Shown piece by piece: positions 31,204 through 41,090 of a stretch of 44,211 bases of DNA. The position numbers and the translations under genes are program-made. The notes beneath the pieces are model-generated. The model ran no database searches. It was not told the origin of the DNA and saw nothing but the letters and a program-made list of their open reading frames with translations. Origin of the DNA: a virus; IMG/VR virus record IMGVR_UViG_3300032030_000149; one strand, written 5' to 3'. Numbering within the stretch: the stretch's first letter is position 1; each line of letters opens with the position of its first letter.

Positions 31204-33741
31204 ATGAATCCGATTTATAAATTCACATTGTCCGCTAATAACGGGAACGAACAACAGGCCTTCCCAATTTACCGGGATGATCTGTCGAAGGATTACGAAT
31301 TGCAGACGAACGAAGAGTTTTACCGGGCAAAGTTGTCCGGTAAATTGACTTTTGTACATACCGATTTCGATTTCATTGCCAACCAAACATTCGACACGAG
31401 GTTTGTGGTGCGGATATACATATCGTATGACGCTGGCGTAACATGGACTTTGTATTGGTCGGGTAATTTTTGGAAGACGGATTGCAAGTTCGACCAAGAC
31501 AACAAGAATGTAACGTTGACGCCGGAAGTAGTTGACGAATACACCGATGTATTGGCCGGTATGGAAAAAGAGTTCAATCTTATAGAGTTGGCACCGGAAA
31601 TTCGCCAAGTCCGATTAGACAAACGGCCAATGTTGCAAGTTTATGTACCGGGGCAGACGGTTATTGGTTGCTTTTTGTCCGGTATGTGGTGGGAACAGGA
31701 ATGCGAATCTGTCACGAATGAAACGCAATTAGTAAACACGTATCGTTTTTCGAAAAACAAGACGATGCGAATAGCTGAATTTTCGGGCACGATGTCGCCG
31801 GTGTTGCCGGATATGATGACGGCTCAAGATGTCACGTCGGATTATTGGTCATTGACTGGTGGCGGATTCGCCTTGCGTTACAATTCTGTTTTGGACCCGT
31901 CAATACACGAATCTCCGGTATATTACTTCGAAATTGTGAGGAACACCGACAATGTACGTTTGTGGTATGCAGAATCTTACGATCCATATATTGTGCCAAC
32001 CAATATTATTCTGTCACCGGTTGATGGTTCCGGTGCAATCGGGAATGTTGGTTTGTACGTGCATGACATGCCGATCTACGCACGTATGATATGCGATGTG
32101 AACAGTGCATTCGGAATCAACACGCATTCGCTTCCGGAAAATGACATGGTTGAAAACAACAGAAATTATCGGCGTGTAATCGGTTACAATTATCCGAATC
32201 ATTTTTGGTTTTCGCAAAGGTTTTCGGCTACACCGACACAATGGGGATTATACCAACCCGGCCAATATTACGACGATCCGGGATTGCCGCCATCGTCTGG
32301 GATAACGGAATTTTTCCCCGTAGCCAGGAACGCTTGGGGCAAGATTTCAATTTGGTTTTCGTTTGGAAACTTCGATTGGTTGGTGGAACAGGAATTCAGA
32401 AAGGAATATGCGTTGCGAGACGCATATCCGTTGGCATCTGTTATTTCTGTGCTCTTGAAAAAGATCGATCCAAACTTGACGCATAGGGAGACATCCGATT
32501 ATTCGCTGTTTTTCTATAATGGCAATAATCCGTTGTTGGGCGTTAACCAGACAATTTTTATCACGCCAAAGTCTAATATGATCGCGTTGGGATATGACCA
32601 GCCGGCACAAAAGGCACCGATAACGTTACGTCGTATCTTAGACATGTTGCGCGATTGTTTCCGTTGCTATTGGTATATCGATGACCAAAAGAGGTTCAGG
32701 ATTGAACACATAGAATATTTCAGACGTGGCGGTTCCTATTCCGGAACGCCTGTTGTCGGCCGTGATTTGACAGTCGAAGAAGTAACACAAAGCCGGAAAA
32801 AATGGGCCTTTGGAACGTCTCAATACCAGTACGACAAACCGGAAATGTCGGCCCGTTATCAATTCGGATGGATGGACGATGTTACGCAATTGTTCGAAGG
32901 AAACCCGATTGATATTGTATCACAGTATGTCAACAAAGACAATATCTCGAATATTGACATTGCACTATTCACGTCTGACGTCGATTACATCCTGCTTAAT
33001 CCTGGCAACATATCCAAGGACGGATTTGTCTTGTTGTCGGCGTCGCCTTCGGATGAACAACAGGCAGTGCAATATAGTTTGAATTACGCTTATGCGAATA
33101 CCGGTGAATCAGCCGGAAGTATGGTCGCATACAATGGGACAATCGCAATGCCGATTGTTGACATTTATGGCGTGTACAATCTTGGGCTGACGCAGAATTC
33201 GCTTGGATATTACTTCTATGATTGCGCCGTTTATAACGGTGATGGTGATTATTTGGGAAACATTTTTTTAAGCGAAGATCAAAAATTTTCGTTGGACCCG
33301 AAGTCGGTTTTGGAAACCTATCCATCTGCAAAGAAAATAGGCGTAATCATCTGGGGGGGGATGCCGCATGCGGCATTAACGCCATCCGATGTTTCCGACC
33401 TTGTTGTCACGCAAACGTCACGGTCATACAGATTGCCGTATGTCAATTTCGAAATCAATAGTGTTGACCACATTCTCCAAAACGGTTGGGCGGCATTCAT
33501 ATACTTGCAACAATATTATTTTTATGACATGCCGGCATGGATGTTTACATACAACGGCAATCAGCGGGTTGCGCAAGGCGTTAAGAAGTTAAAGTCGCAA
33601 ACTTTGAAATTCCCTGCGTTGACTGATCCAAACCCATTGCAATTGATAAAAACTAATCTTGGTGATGGCACAATTCAAAAAATGTCCGTAAATTTGTCAA
33701 GTCGAAACGCAAACACCACGCTGAAATATGATACCGAATAA
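31204..33741 (+). CDS. Tail-tip / distal tail protein candidate (845 aa)
   Basis: It is the first gene after the tape measure. It contains a G8 tract at 33353-33360. Confidence 0.55.
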   Translation: MNPIYKFTLSANNGNEQQAFPIYRDDLSKDYELQTNEEFYRAKLSGKLTFVHTDFDFIANQTFDTRFVVRIYISYDAGVTWTLYWSGNFWKTDCKFDQDNKNVTLTPEVVDEYTDVLAGMEKEFNLIELAPEIRQVRLDKRPMLQVYVPGQTVIGCFLSGMWWEQECESVTNETQLVNTYRFSKNKTMRIAEFSGTMSPVLPDMMTAQDVTSDYWSLTGGGFALRYNSVLDPSIHESPVYYFEIVRNTDNVRLWYAESYDPYIVPTNIILSPVDGSGAIGNVGLYVHDMPIYARMICDVNSAFGINTHSLPENDMVENNRNYRRVIGYNYPNHFWFSQRFSATPTQWGLYQPGQYYDDPGLPPSSGITEFFPVARNAWGKISIWFSFGNFDWLVEQEFRKEYALRDAYPLASVISVLLKKIDPNLTHRETSDYSLFFYNGNNPLLGVNQTIFITPKSNMIALGYDQPAQKAPITLRRILDMLRDCFRCYWYIDDQKRFRIEHIEYFRRGGSYSGTPVVGRDLTVEEVTQSRKKWAFGTSQYQYDKPEMSARYQFGWMDDVTQLFEGNPIDIVSQYVNKDNISNIDIALFTSDVDYILLNPGNISKDGFVLLSASPSDEQQAVQYSLNYAYANTGESAGSMVAYNGTIAMPIVDIYGVYNLGLTQNSLGYYFYDCAVYNGDGDYLGNIFLSEDQKFSLDPKSVLETYPSAKKIGVIIWGGMPHAALTPSDVSDLVVTQTSRSYRLPYVNFEINSVDHILQNGWAAFIYLQQYYFYDMPAWMFTYNGNQRVAQGVKKLKSQTLKFPALTDPNPLQLIKTNLGDGTIQKMSVNLSSRNANTTLKYDTE

Positions 33742-34594
33742 CAATTTGTCTGTGTTGCCGTGGTACACTTCCATCGAGCACCAGAACGCCCGGAAATGGT
33801 GGGTTTACGGGCGTGTATATCCATTGTTCACGCCGGCCGGGTTTGTCCTGCCGTTCCAAATCATGATCCCACATGGCGAAAACATTGTAATAAACACAAT
33901 CAATCTATACAATGCAACGACCGGTGCGTTGATTGAGAATGCAAGGGCAAAATTGGTCAATACCGGATTGACGGTTAAACAATTTGCGAACTTTGGATAC
34001 GATGTTGTTGTTTATCCGGGCCAAGTGCCAGCATTTACAGAGATGAATAACGGCCGATATTATTTTGCGGCAACGATCAATTACGTAACTTATTATTCCG
34101 AAATTTTCACGGTGGTGAATGACACACAACCATATTTGAAAATTGAATGGTGGGATAATCAAGATTTCATCATGGATGCGGGGGCCATCGTTTACACTGA
34201 ACCGGCGTTCAAAAATGCCCTATATCTGATGGCGGACATTGCAAAACCGGAATATCCGTTCGAAGAGGAAGGAGAAACACGTGACGGTTACTTTTTCCCG
34301 ATCAAGCAGATTTCGGAAAAACGTTACAGGTTCAATTTCCTTGCGTCCGAGTACCTGTTAGACGTGATGCGATTTATCCGAATGGCAGATTATGCACAAA
34401 TCACGAAAAACGGGCAAACTTATAGTCTTGACACGTTCTTGATCACACCCGAGTGGGAGGATAATGGCGACGTCGCGGCCGTCGAAGCGGTTTTTGACAC
34501 CGCAACCGTCGCAAAGAAAATCGGCTTGGGTTTTACGAGAGCCCTACGGGGCGACTTTAACGATGATTTCAATAACGATTTCAACAACAATTGA
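33728..34594 (+). CDS. Tail/baseplate protein candidate (288 aa)
   Basis: Called from position. Its C-terminus is GDFNDDFNNDFNNN. Confidence 0.55.
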   Translation: MIPNNNLSVLPWYTSIEHQNARKWWVYGRVYPLFTPAGFVLPFQIMIPHGENIVINTINLYNATTGALIENARAKLVNTGLTVKQFANFGYDVVVYPGQVPAFTEMNNGRYYFAATINYVTYYSEIFTVVNDTQPYLKIEWWDNQDFIMDAGAIVYTEPAFKNALYLMADIAKPEYPFEEEGETRDGYFFPIKQISEKRYRFNFLASEYLLDVMRFIRMADYAQITKNGQTYSLDTFLITPEWEDNGDVAAVEAVFDTATVAKKIGLGFTRALRGDFNDDFNNDFNNN

Positions 34595-34595
34595 T

Positions 34596-37500
34596 ATGTC
34601 AAATTACGCAACTTTAATCGCAGCAATTCAGTCTGTAATTACAGAGAATGGCAACAATGAGATAACCGGAACGATCTTACAACAAACGCTGTTGTCAATG
34701 ATCAACTCTCTTGGAATCGGTTATCAATTTGTCGGGATTGCAACGCCTGATACGATCCCTGGAACACCTGACCAACGAGTTTTTTTTATTGCCTCATCCG
34801 GTACGTATCCGAATTTCGGTCCTGCTGTAATTCCGGACGGAAAATTGGCAGTGTTCTATTATGATACGAGTTGGCATAATGCAACCTGTGATGTAACAGC
34901 GGTATTTCAGACGGGTCAAAGTGTCACTCAGATCGCCATTGACAACACTCATCTTGCGAATCCCAAGGACGGTGCCTTGCCAACTGCCAATGATGTATTG
35001 CAGCTGAAAGCCAAGTTGGATGGGGTGACTGCTGAAGATATTAAAGTTACACCTATTGAAGATTGGCATCCAGAAGGAAGCTCGAGCGGTTATTATAATA
35101 ATGGAAGTTGGACAAATAATAGTAATTTCAAGAATACAAGAATAGATGTTAGTGGCTATGAATCTATAAGGTTTCTTGGCTATAATCATCATTTTAATTC
35201 ATTCACTCCTCAGTATGTATTCTTTGACGATAATAATAACCCGATAGGAGGTTATCATGAGTATTATGATTCAACTATTGAAGATGGCAAAGATATTGAA
35301 TTGAACTTGTTGGTCCCAGATGGGGCAAAATATCTTGTATGTCTTTACAAGGCATATTATGCCAGTGGCGGTACAACTTATATTTCAGAAAGCAAGTTCT
35401 ATGCGTATCTTCAAAAGGGTGATACAGTTGTTGGCTTAATTGATAAAAGCAAGGTGCAAGTTGTTGACAACCTTGATACTGATGACGCAACAAAAGCGTT
35501 ATCAGCAAAACAAGGCAAAATACTTTCAGAAGAAATATTTGGGGAAATCACATACGATTATGATGTTGATGTCAATATCCAATACAGATTGGATTTCACT
35601 TTTAGACCTGTAACAACAGAACTTAATTCATACGCAGTTACTGGAAGAGCTAATGGCGTTTATTATGTCAATTCGGAATGGTATACCGATTTTGTAGAAG
35701 GAAACAGACTTTATGTGAAAGCTGGAACTAATGCACCTACATATCTAATGTTCTTAAAACAAAATTTAGGAAAAATATCTGCTGGTAGTAACAAAACTTT
35801 GCAATGGTTAGTTGACGGTGACTATTTATGTTCAAATCACTATAATAGTGTTTCAAACACTTGGACATCAGCCATTGTTATTCCAGCTGGTGAAGAATCA
35901 TATATTGATATTCCACAAGATTGTCATAGAATAATTATCGGATTAAATACAACTTACGTCGAACTTGAACCTTGTCAATTCATAAAAATAGGAATTGCTA
36001 AAAGAGAAGGCGGAATTGCTGATGAAATACAGGAATTGGATGAAAGGACAACACAAAACAGCAATGAAATCGAAGAACTATATGATAGTATCTACGGAGA
36101 AGAAACCTTAATTGAAAATGAAGTAAATTTTGATAGTGTTTCTGTAAAAACTGGACAACTTTTAAGTAGTAGCATTGCAGGTAGTTCTTCAGGTGTAAAT
36201 GGGCGTATTTGGGTAGTTCCAGTAAATACTGGTGATACTTTAGAAATAACAGCACAATCTGATAAGGCTGTATATTTATGTATATTAAATGACAATCCAA
36301 CAATACCACCCAATGGTATTCCAGCAGAAGACATTCCCATTGCAACAAATTGCGAAGGTTACATTACAAGCGGAGCAGGTAATTATCGTATGGTAATTGG
36401 TGCAGGTAGTAGTGCTACAATTAATATTGCCAACAATTCGGATGCTAAATATGTTTATGTGCAGAAATTGTTTCATTCATCCACAACACCTCTAACTCCC
36501 CAGTCTTTCGTTATTCAAAAAGAAAAAAGAGAGGGTGGCATTATTGATGAAAGTAAGGTGGACGCTGGTTTTTATTTGACTATTGAGCATGGAGATATCG
36601 ATGGAAGTGGAAAGATAATCCCAGACGATAATAAGGCTGTAACCAATTTTATCAACAATGGAAATGGTTTTTACATTGAACTTGAAAATGGGTTTTATGT
36701 AGAAAGAGCGGTGCTTTACGATAAAAGTGGAAATTTAGTCACATACAACTACTATGTCCACAGTACATCAGGTCATGCTTCAACAGATAATAACTGTTGG
36801 GGTAACAACGAGCAGTTGCCACAATTCTTGGTTAGACTGGTGTTAAAGAGCGAATCTGACATAAGCGTACCTTTAAACAATATTGTAAAGAGATTTGTTT
36901 ATTTGAACGACAACAGATTGACGAAGGTGCTACCACAAAATTTGGATTACGCAAAATTCATGTATAAACTGCATCAGTTGACCAATGTTATATGGGTTCC
37001 TGTTGAGAAGGCACAGCATAACTATGGGGGTGACGGCATCAATAATGTCTTATGGTTCCTTAAAGGCACGATTGTAACTGGTGTTCCGTATAGTACAGAA
37101 ACAGAGTATTCTAAATTTATAGGAATTGATGTTGCGTTGCGAACATTTTTAAGTGCTGCAAAAAACAAGCGTTCTGTTATTTACACAGAATGTGTTGAAC
37201 AAAGTCATGCAAGAAGCGCCTATGGTCTTTCATATCATGGGGAAGCAAATTATACAGGCAATTTCTATGGGTCTGTTTGCACTGGACTGACAAGTTATCT
37301 CTTAGGATATAATGTCAATGAATATGTTGGCAGCATGGATACTAAACTTGGCAACGCTAATAAAATTGCTCACGGGAAGGAAACTTTGTATTGGGGAGAT
37401 AATGTAGTGACAATTGACGATTTGGCACAGCAACTACAGCCGATGGACATCATATTGAATTCTTCGCACATTAGTGTTATATCCGATGTATATAAAGATG

Positions 37501-38363
37501 AATATGGTGTTGTTCAATATGTTGTTTGGACCGAGCAAACTGGACCAACGGCAAGAATGATACCTTACAGCAAAGATATGCTTGCAAAGAGATTCGCCAA
37601 TAAAGAGTTTAGTATTTATAGGCTGCCTTCTGAGACTTGGGCTGATGCTCTTGCAAAGGATGTAGAAAATACAAAAGATATAATTCAAAATTCGTTCTTT
37701 GACTTTGAGCCTAAAGATGTGGAAATAGACCCAGATATTTCAACATTTGAAGGGGAGTATGCCGTATTTGTAGATAATGCCGACAATGACAATACTGATA
37801 GCTACAATAATTACAAGGCGTTTTTGAATATCCATCGTGGTAGAGTTTATGGGTCCTTACAGATATTCAGAGAAGATGAAGATGTATCAACCGCTTCACC
37901 CATTGAAGTGAATATTAGTACCAACAGTGGCACATTTATCTATAATTCATCAATATATGCTGATGATTCTATGGATAAAGATGACTGGATTGTTGTCGAT
38001 TTGATGCAGTTGTCGCCTAAGTTGGCTGCTGGTAAATATAAGGCTCGTGTTGTAGGTTCGAATATTGAAAGTGGGTTTACACACTTCCAAATTGTTAGAA
38101 TTTCTATGACACCAACTTGGAATGGAAACTATGTTACTCGTCTTGACTTTAATGTTGAGGGTGGTGATGCTGTTTCCGTTTCGCAACAAAATAATATTCG
38201 TCCAATAAGAATAATGGATATTAGTGCTTCTGAACAAGGACGAGGATATGTAACTTTTAGTGGTGCCGGATGGAATGCTTCTGATTATTATATTAAGTTA
38301 GTAGTTCGTGCAGATTATGGCACTGCTGTAAAGAAAATAAATAAGAGTAGTTATTCATCTTAA
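34596..38363 (+). CDS. Tail fibre / receptor-binding protein (1255 aa), mosaic
   Basis: The start MSNYATLIAAIQSV… lies 1 nt after the upstream stop. It is the largest distal tail gene, with an abrupt GC drop from ~35090 onward, an internal duplicated domain and an NlpC/P60-like Cys/His region. Confidence 0.7.
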   Translation: MSNYATLIAAIQSVITENGNNEITGTILQQTLLSMINSLGIGYQFVGIATPDTIPGTPDQRVFFIASSGTYPNFGPAVIPDGKLAVFYYDTSWHNATCDVTAVFQTGQSVTQIAIDNTHLANPKDGALPTANDVLQLKAKLDGVTAEDIKVTPIEDWHPEGSSSGYYNNGSWTNNSNFKNTRIDVSGYESIRFLGYNHHFNSFTPQYVFFDDNNNPIGGYHEYYDSTIEDGKDIELNLLVPDGAKYLVCLYKAYYASGGTTYISESKFYAYLQKGDTVVGLIDKSKVQVVDNLDTDDATKALSAKQGKILSEEIFGEITYDYDVDVNIQYRLDFTFRPVTTELNSYAVTGRANGVYYVNSEWYTDFVEGNRLYVKAGTNAPTYLMFLKQNLGKISAGSNKTLQWLVDGDYLCSNHYNSVSNTWTSAIVIPAGEESYIDIPQDCHRIIIGLNTTYVELEPCQFIKIGIAKREGGIADEIQELDERTTQNSNEIEELYDSIYGEETLIENEVNFDSVSVKTGQLLSSSIAGSSSGVNGRIWVVPVNTGDTLEITAQSDKAVYLCILNDNPTIPPNGIPAEDIPIATNCEGYITSGAGNYRMVIGAGSSATINIANNSDAKYVYVQKLFHSSTTPLTPQSFVIQKEKREGGIIDESKVDAGFYLTIEHGDIDGSGKIIPDDNKAVTNFINNGNGFYIELENGFYVERAVLYDKSGNLVTYNYYVHSTSGHASTDNNCWGNNEQLPQFLVRLVLKSESDISVPLNNIVKRFVYLNDNRLTKVLPQNLDYAKFMYKLHQLTNVIWVPVEKAQHNYGGDGINNVLWFLKGTIVTGVPYSTETEYSKFIGIDVALRTFLSAAKNKRSVIYTECVEQSHARSAYGLSYHGEANYTGNFYGSVCTGLTSYLLGYNVNEYVGSMDTKLGNANKIAHGKETLYWGDNVVTIDDLAQQLQPMDIILNSSHISVISDVYKDEYGVVQYVVWTEQTGPTARMIPYSKDMLAKRFANKEFSIYRLPSETWADALAKDVENTKDIIQNSFFDFEPKDVEIDPDISTFEGEYAVFVDNADNDNTDSYNNYKAFLNIHRGRVYGSLQIFREDEDVSTASPIEVNISTNSGTFIYNSSIYADDSMDKDDWIVVDLMQLSPKLAAGKYKARVVGSNIESGFTHFQIVRISMTPTWNGNYVTRLDFNVEGGDAVSVSQQNNIRPIRIMDISASEQGRGYVTFSGAGWNASDYYIKLVVRADYGTAVKKINKSSYSS

Positions 38364-38401
38364 TGTTTTGCAAGATTATCAACGACATTAATGGATAAAT
38401 A

Positions 38402-38860
38402 ATGACAGAGCGTAATATTATAGGAGGCTTTATGGCGGCTGTACTTTCACCATTTATTGAGGGGTGGCAACGGATCATCTGGTTTCTCATCCTTGCCATC
38501 ATTCTCATATTGGGCGATTTGAGATTTGGCATCGCAGCCGCAAAGAAGCGAGGCGAACACATCCGCCCGTCACGGGCTGTCAGACGCAGCCTTAACAAGT
38601 TGGTAGATTACATTTGCTGGCTGAGCATCGCAACGGTGGTTGGTGTCAATTTCGGCAGCGTGTTCGGATTGCCGCTGCTATCGGTCATCATCATGGCGGT
38701 GGTGTGCGTGATCGAGTTGTCATCCATCATCGACAATTATCTTGAGTACAAAGGCATTAAAAAGAAAATCAACGTAATCAAGCTAATTGCCAAGCTGTTC
38801 AAACGTCCAGAGATAGAAGATGTGTTGGAACCGACAGAAGAAACGGAAAACGAAAATTAA
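38402..38860 (+). CDS. Holin candidate (152 aa)
   Basis: Three predicted TM segments and a charged C-terminal tail, lying directly upstream of the amidase. The DLRFGI…A pattern recalls phage_holin_4-type proteins. Confidence 0.6.
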   Translation: MTERNIIGGFMAAVLSPFIEGWQRIIWFLILAIILILGDLRFGIAAAKKRGEHIRPSRAVRRSLNKLVDYICWLSIATVVGVNFGSVFGLPLLSVIIMAVVCVIELSSIIDNYLEYKGIKKKINVIKLIAKLFKRPEIEDVLEPTEETENEN

Positions 38861-38872
38861 AAACAATAAATC

Positions 38873-39421
38873 ATGAAGCCGGAAAACATAGATGCAATTA
38901 TCATCCATTGTTCTGCAACCCCGGAGGGCAAGGATATACGCGCCAAGGACATTGACGCAATGCACAAACAGAAGGGGTGGAAGATGATCGGGTACAATTA
39001 CGTGATCGACTTGGACGGTACGATCGAGACAGGGCGACCGCTAACGATGGACGGTGCGCATTGTGCCAACAAGGGTTTTTCGGGCCGTCCGTACAATTGC
39101 CATTCAATCGGCATCTGTTATATCGGAGGTCTGGAAGCAACGACCAATTCGAAAGGACAGATCGTCGCAAAACTTAACGAGAAAGGGAAGACGATACCGA
39201 AGGACACCCGGACGATGGAGCAAAAAAAGGCCATGCACAAGTTGGTTTTCGAACTCATGGACAAATACCCGATTGTTGAAGTGCTTGGCCATCGCGACAC
39301 GTCGCCGGATCTCAACGGTGACGGTTTCATTAACCGTTACGAATGGACCAAGGCATGTCCGTGTTTTGAAGTCAAAAACGAATTTCCGATTGTGACTATC
39401 ATAGGACACCGGGACAAATAA
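38873..39421 (+). CDS. N-acetylmuramoyl-L-alanine amidase (Amidase_2/PGRP-type endolysin), 182 aa
   Basis: IIIHCSATPEGKD…GWKMIGYNYVIDLDGTIETGRP…GAHC…NCHSIGICYIGG…VLGHRD…CPCF. Confidence 0.85.
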   Translation: MKPENIDAIIIHCSATPEGKDIRAKDIDAMHKQKGWKMIGYNYVIDLDGTIETGRPLTMDGAHCANKGFSGRPYNCHSIGICYIGGLEATTNSKGQIVAKLNEKGKTIPKDTRTMEQKKAMHKLVFELMDKYPIVEVLGHRDTSPDLNGDGFINRYEWTKACPCFEVKNEFPIVTIIGHRDK

Positions 39422-39452
39422 CAAAATCATTAACCATTAAAAACAATTTGCC

Positions 39453-39812
39453 ATGAATGAAATTCTTGATTTGATTAACTCAAAGATCGCCGGGCAAGGC
39501 TCCGCTGTTGACATTGGCGGCGCCTTGCCGACCATTCTTTCCGCCATCGCCGGTGCCGCATTCCCGATTGAGGTAACGGACATTACGGCATTGACCGGAG
39601 AACAACTTGACGCGTTGGAAATTGGCGCAAAGGTTGCCAAGAAAACCGGAACAGCAAAACACCTGTACGTCGTTTCGTACAAAGATGCCGAAAACGGCGG
39701 TTTGTGCTTGACGTACACAGATGCGTCCACGGTGGAAACCGTTTCGTATGACCATACGGAAAGCGGTTGGTCCTACAATTCGACCGATAAAACAAACATC
39801 GGTGGAGAATGA
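39453..39812 (+). CDS. Hypothetical protein (119 aa)
   Basis: ORF track. It is preceded by the 17-nt ATTAACCATTAAAAACA module. Confidence 0.6.
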   Translation: MNEILDLINSKIAGQGSAVDIGGALPTILSAIAGAAFPIEVTDITALTGEQLDALEIGAKVAKKTGTAKHLYVVSYKDAENGGLCLTYTDASTVETVSYDHTESGWSYNSTDKTNIGGE

Positions 39813-40423
39813 AAGCGTGGATCAAGATTGCCGCCGTGGTTGCCGTAATTCTTGCGGCAACCATTGCGTTTATTTGGGCGAACCGGACAATTGATCGGTT
39901 GACCGCCGAACGTGACCGGTACAAAGGCAACACGGAAACGTTGTTGTCGGACGTTGAACATTACATGGTCCGGGATTCGTTGAACGCCGCCCGGGTGCAA
40001 TCGCTTGAATTGACCGTAAAGGAATATGAACGATTCCGGGCCGATGATGCGGCTTTGATTAAAGAGTTGAAACAACGTAATCGAGATTTGTCCGCCGTGA
40101 ACAAAACACAATCGCAGACGATCATTGAGTTATTGGCCGTTCCAAAAGATACCGTGATTGTTCGTGATTCAGTGTTGGTACCGGCCGTGGCGGTCCATTG
40201 CGGGGATGCGTGGTTTGATTTTGACGGCATGTTGACACGAGACGCGTTCACTGGCACGTTGGTCAACAGGGATTCGTTGTTGATCGCTGAAACCGTGAAA
40301 TATAGACGTTTCCTTGGGTTCTTGTGGAAGACAAACAAGGTTGTTGACCGTTTTGTGGATGTTGTGAGCAAGAATCCGCACACGTCAATTATCGGTGTTG
40401 AGCACGTAGTTATTGAAGAATAA
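39809..40423 (+). CDS. N-terminally membrane-anchored coiled-coil protein, spanin-like candidate (204 aa)
   Basis: TM segment MKAWIKIAAVVAVILAATIAFIWA followed by a coiled-coil region. It is the last gene of the lysis cluster before a terminator. Confidence 0.4.
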   Translation: MKAWIKIAAVVAVILAATIAFIWANRTIDRLTAERDRYKGNTETLLSDVEHYMVRDSLNAARVQSLELTVKEYERFRADDAALIKELKQRNRDLSAVNKTQSQTIIELLAVPKDTVIVRDSVLVPAVAVHCGDAWFDFDGMLTRDAFTGTLVNRDSLLIAETVKYRRFLGFLWKTNKVVDRFVDVVSKNPHTSIIGVEHVVIEE

Positions 40424-40472
40424 TTGTATTTTTGCACGCTCCTCTTATTAAAAACAGGGTTATTATTTTTTT

Positions 40473-40509
40473 ACCCCGGTAAACAGTTGCCGCTGTACCG
40501 GGGTTTTTT
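40473..40509 (+). terminator. Rho-independent terminator at the end of the late operon
   Basis: Stem accccggta / taccggggt (9 bp), a 14-nt loop, then a T6 run. Confidence 0.85.
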
Positions 40510-40610
40510 GTTTTGTTTTAGATTTTGTTGATTTTTTTGCATTCTGACGCATTTTGATTGCCGGATGATATAATTTATCATCCGCAAAAAAATAACGTCG
40601 CAAATCGAAT

Positions 40611-40752
40611 TTTTTGAAAAAATAACTTTTTTTTAAAAAAAATAAAAAAAAACACTTGATAATTAAAAAAAGAGTTGTAATTTTGCATCGTGGTTGATGA
40701 ACGACCCAACGCCCCTGGGCGGTTCCCGAAGAAGAAATAAAACGCAAAGACA
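40611..40752 (+). promoter_or_regulatory. Promoter-plus-leader element, copy 2 (-33 CTTG 40655-40658; -7 TAATTTTG 40678-40685; leader hairpin TGGG/CCCG 40716-40728)
   Basis: Alignable with 8791..8889. The spacing between the -33 and -7 boxes is the same (19 nt). Confidence 0.7.
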
Positions 40753-40986
40753 ATGGAAACGTTAAAGTACACAACGCGAGAAATTAACAGGAACTACAAA
40801 ATCAAGGTTTCCGGAATATATAAAGGCCACAAGATAAACACGCTTGTCGGCGTGTCCGGGTTGCTCGATATTGTCAACGACATCCAATTAACTAACCGTC
40901 TATTGGATCGCGCTTTTAACGACATGACTGATTGTTGCGTGTGCAAGTTGCGACGTGGTATCAAGATTTCATTTTATGTTTCATGA
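40753..40986 (+). CDS. Hypothetical early protein (77 aa)
   Basis: It is the first ORF after promoter copy 2. Confidence 0.6.
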   Translation: METLKYTTREINRNYKIKVSGIYKGHKINTLVGVSGLLDIVNDIQLTNRLLDRAFNDMTDCCVCKLRRGIKISFYVS

Positions 40987-41090
40987 ATTGCGAGATAAAT
41001 GGATATATAAATGGCGAGATACGATAAATATCACATCCAATGGAATAAAGATCAATTGCAACCGATCCCGTTTTGGTTGACAATTAACAA

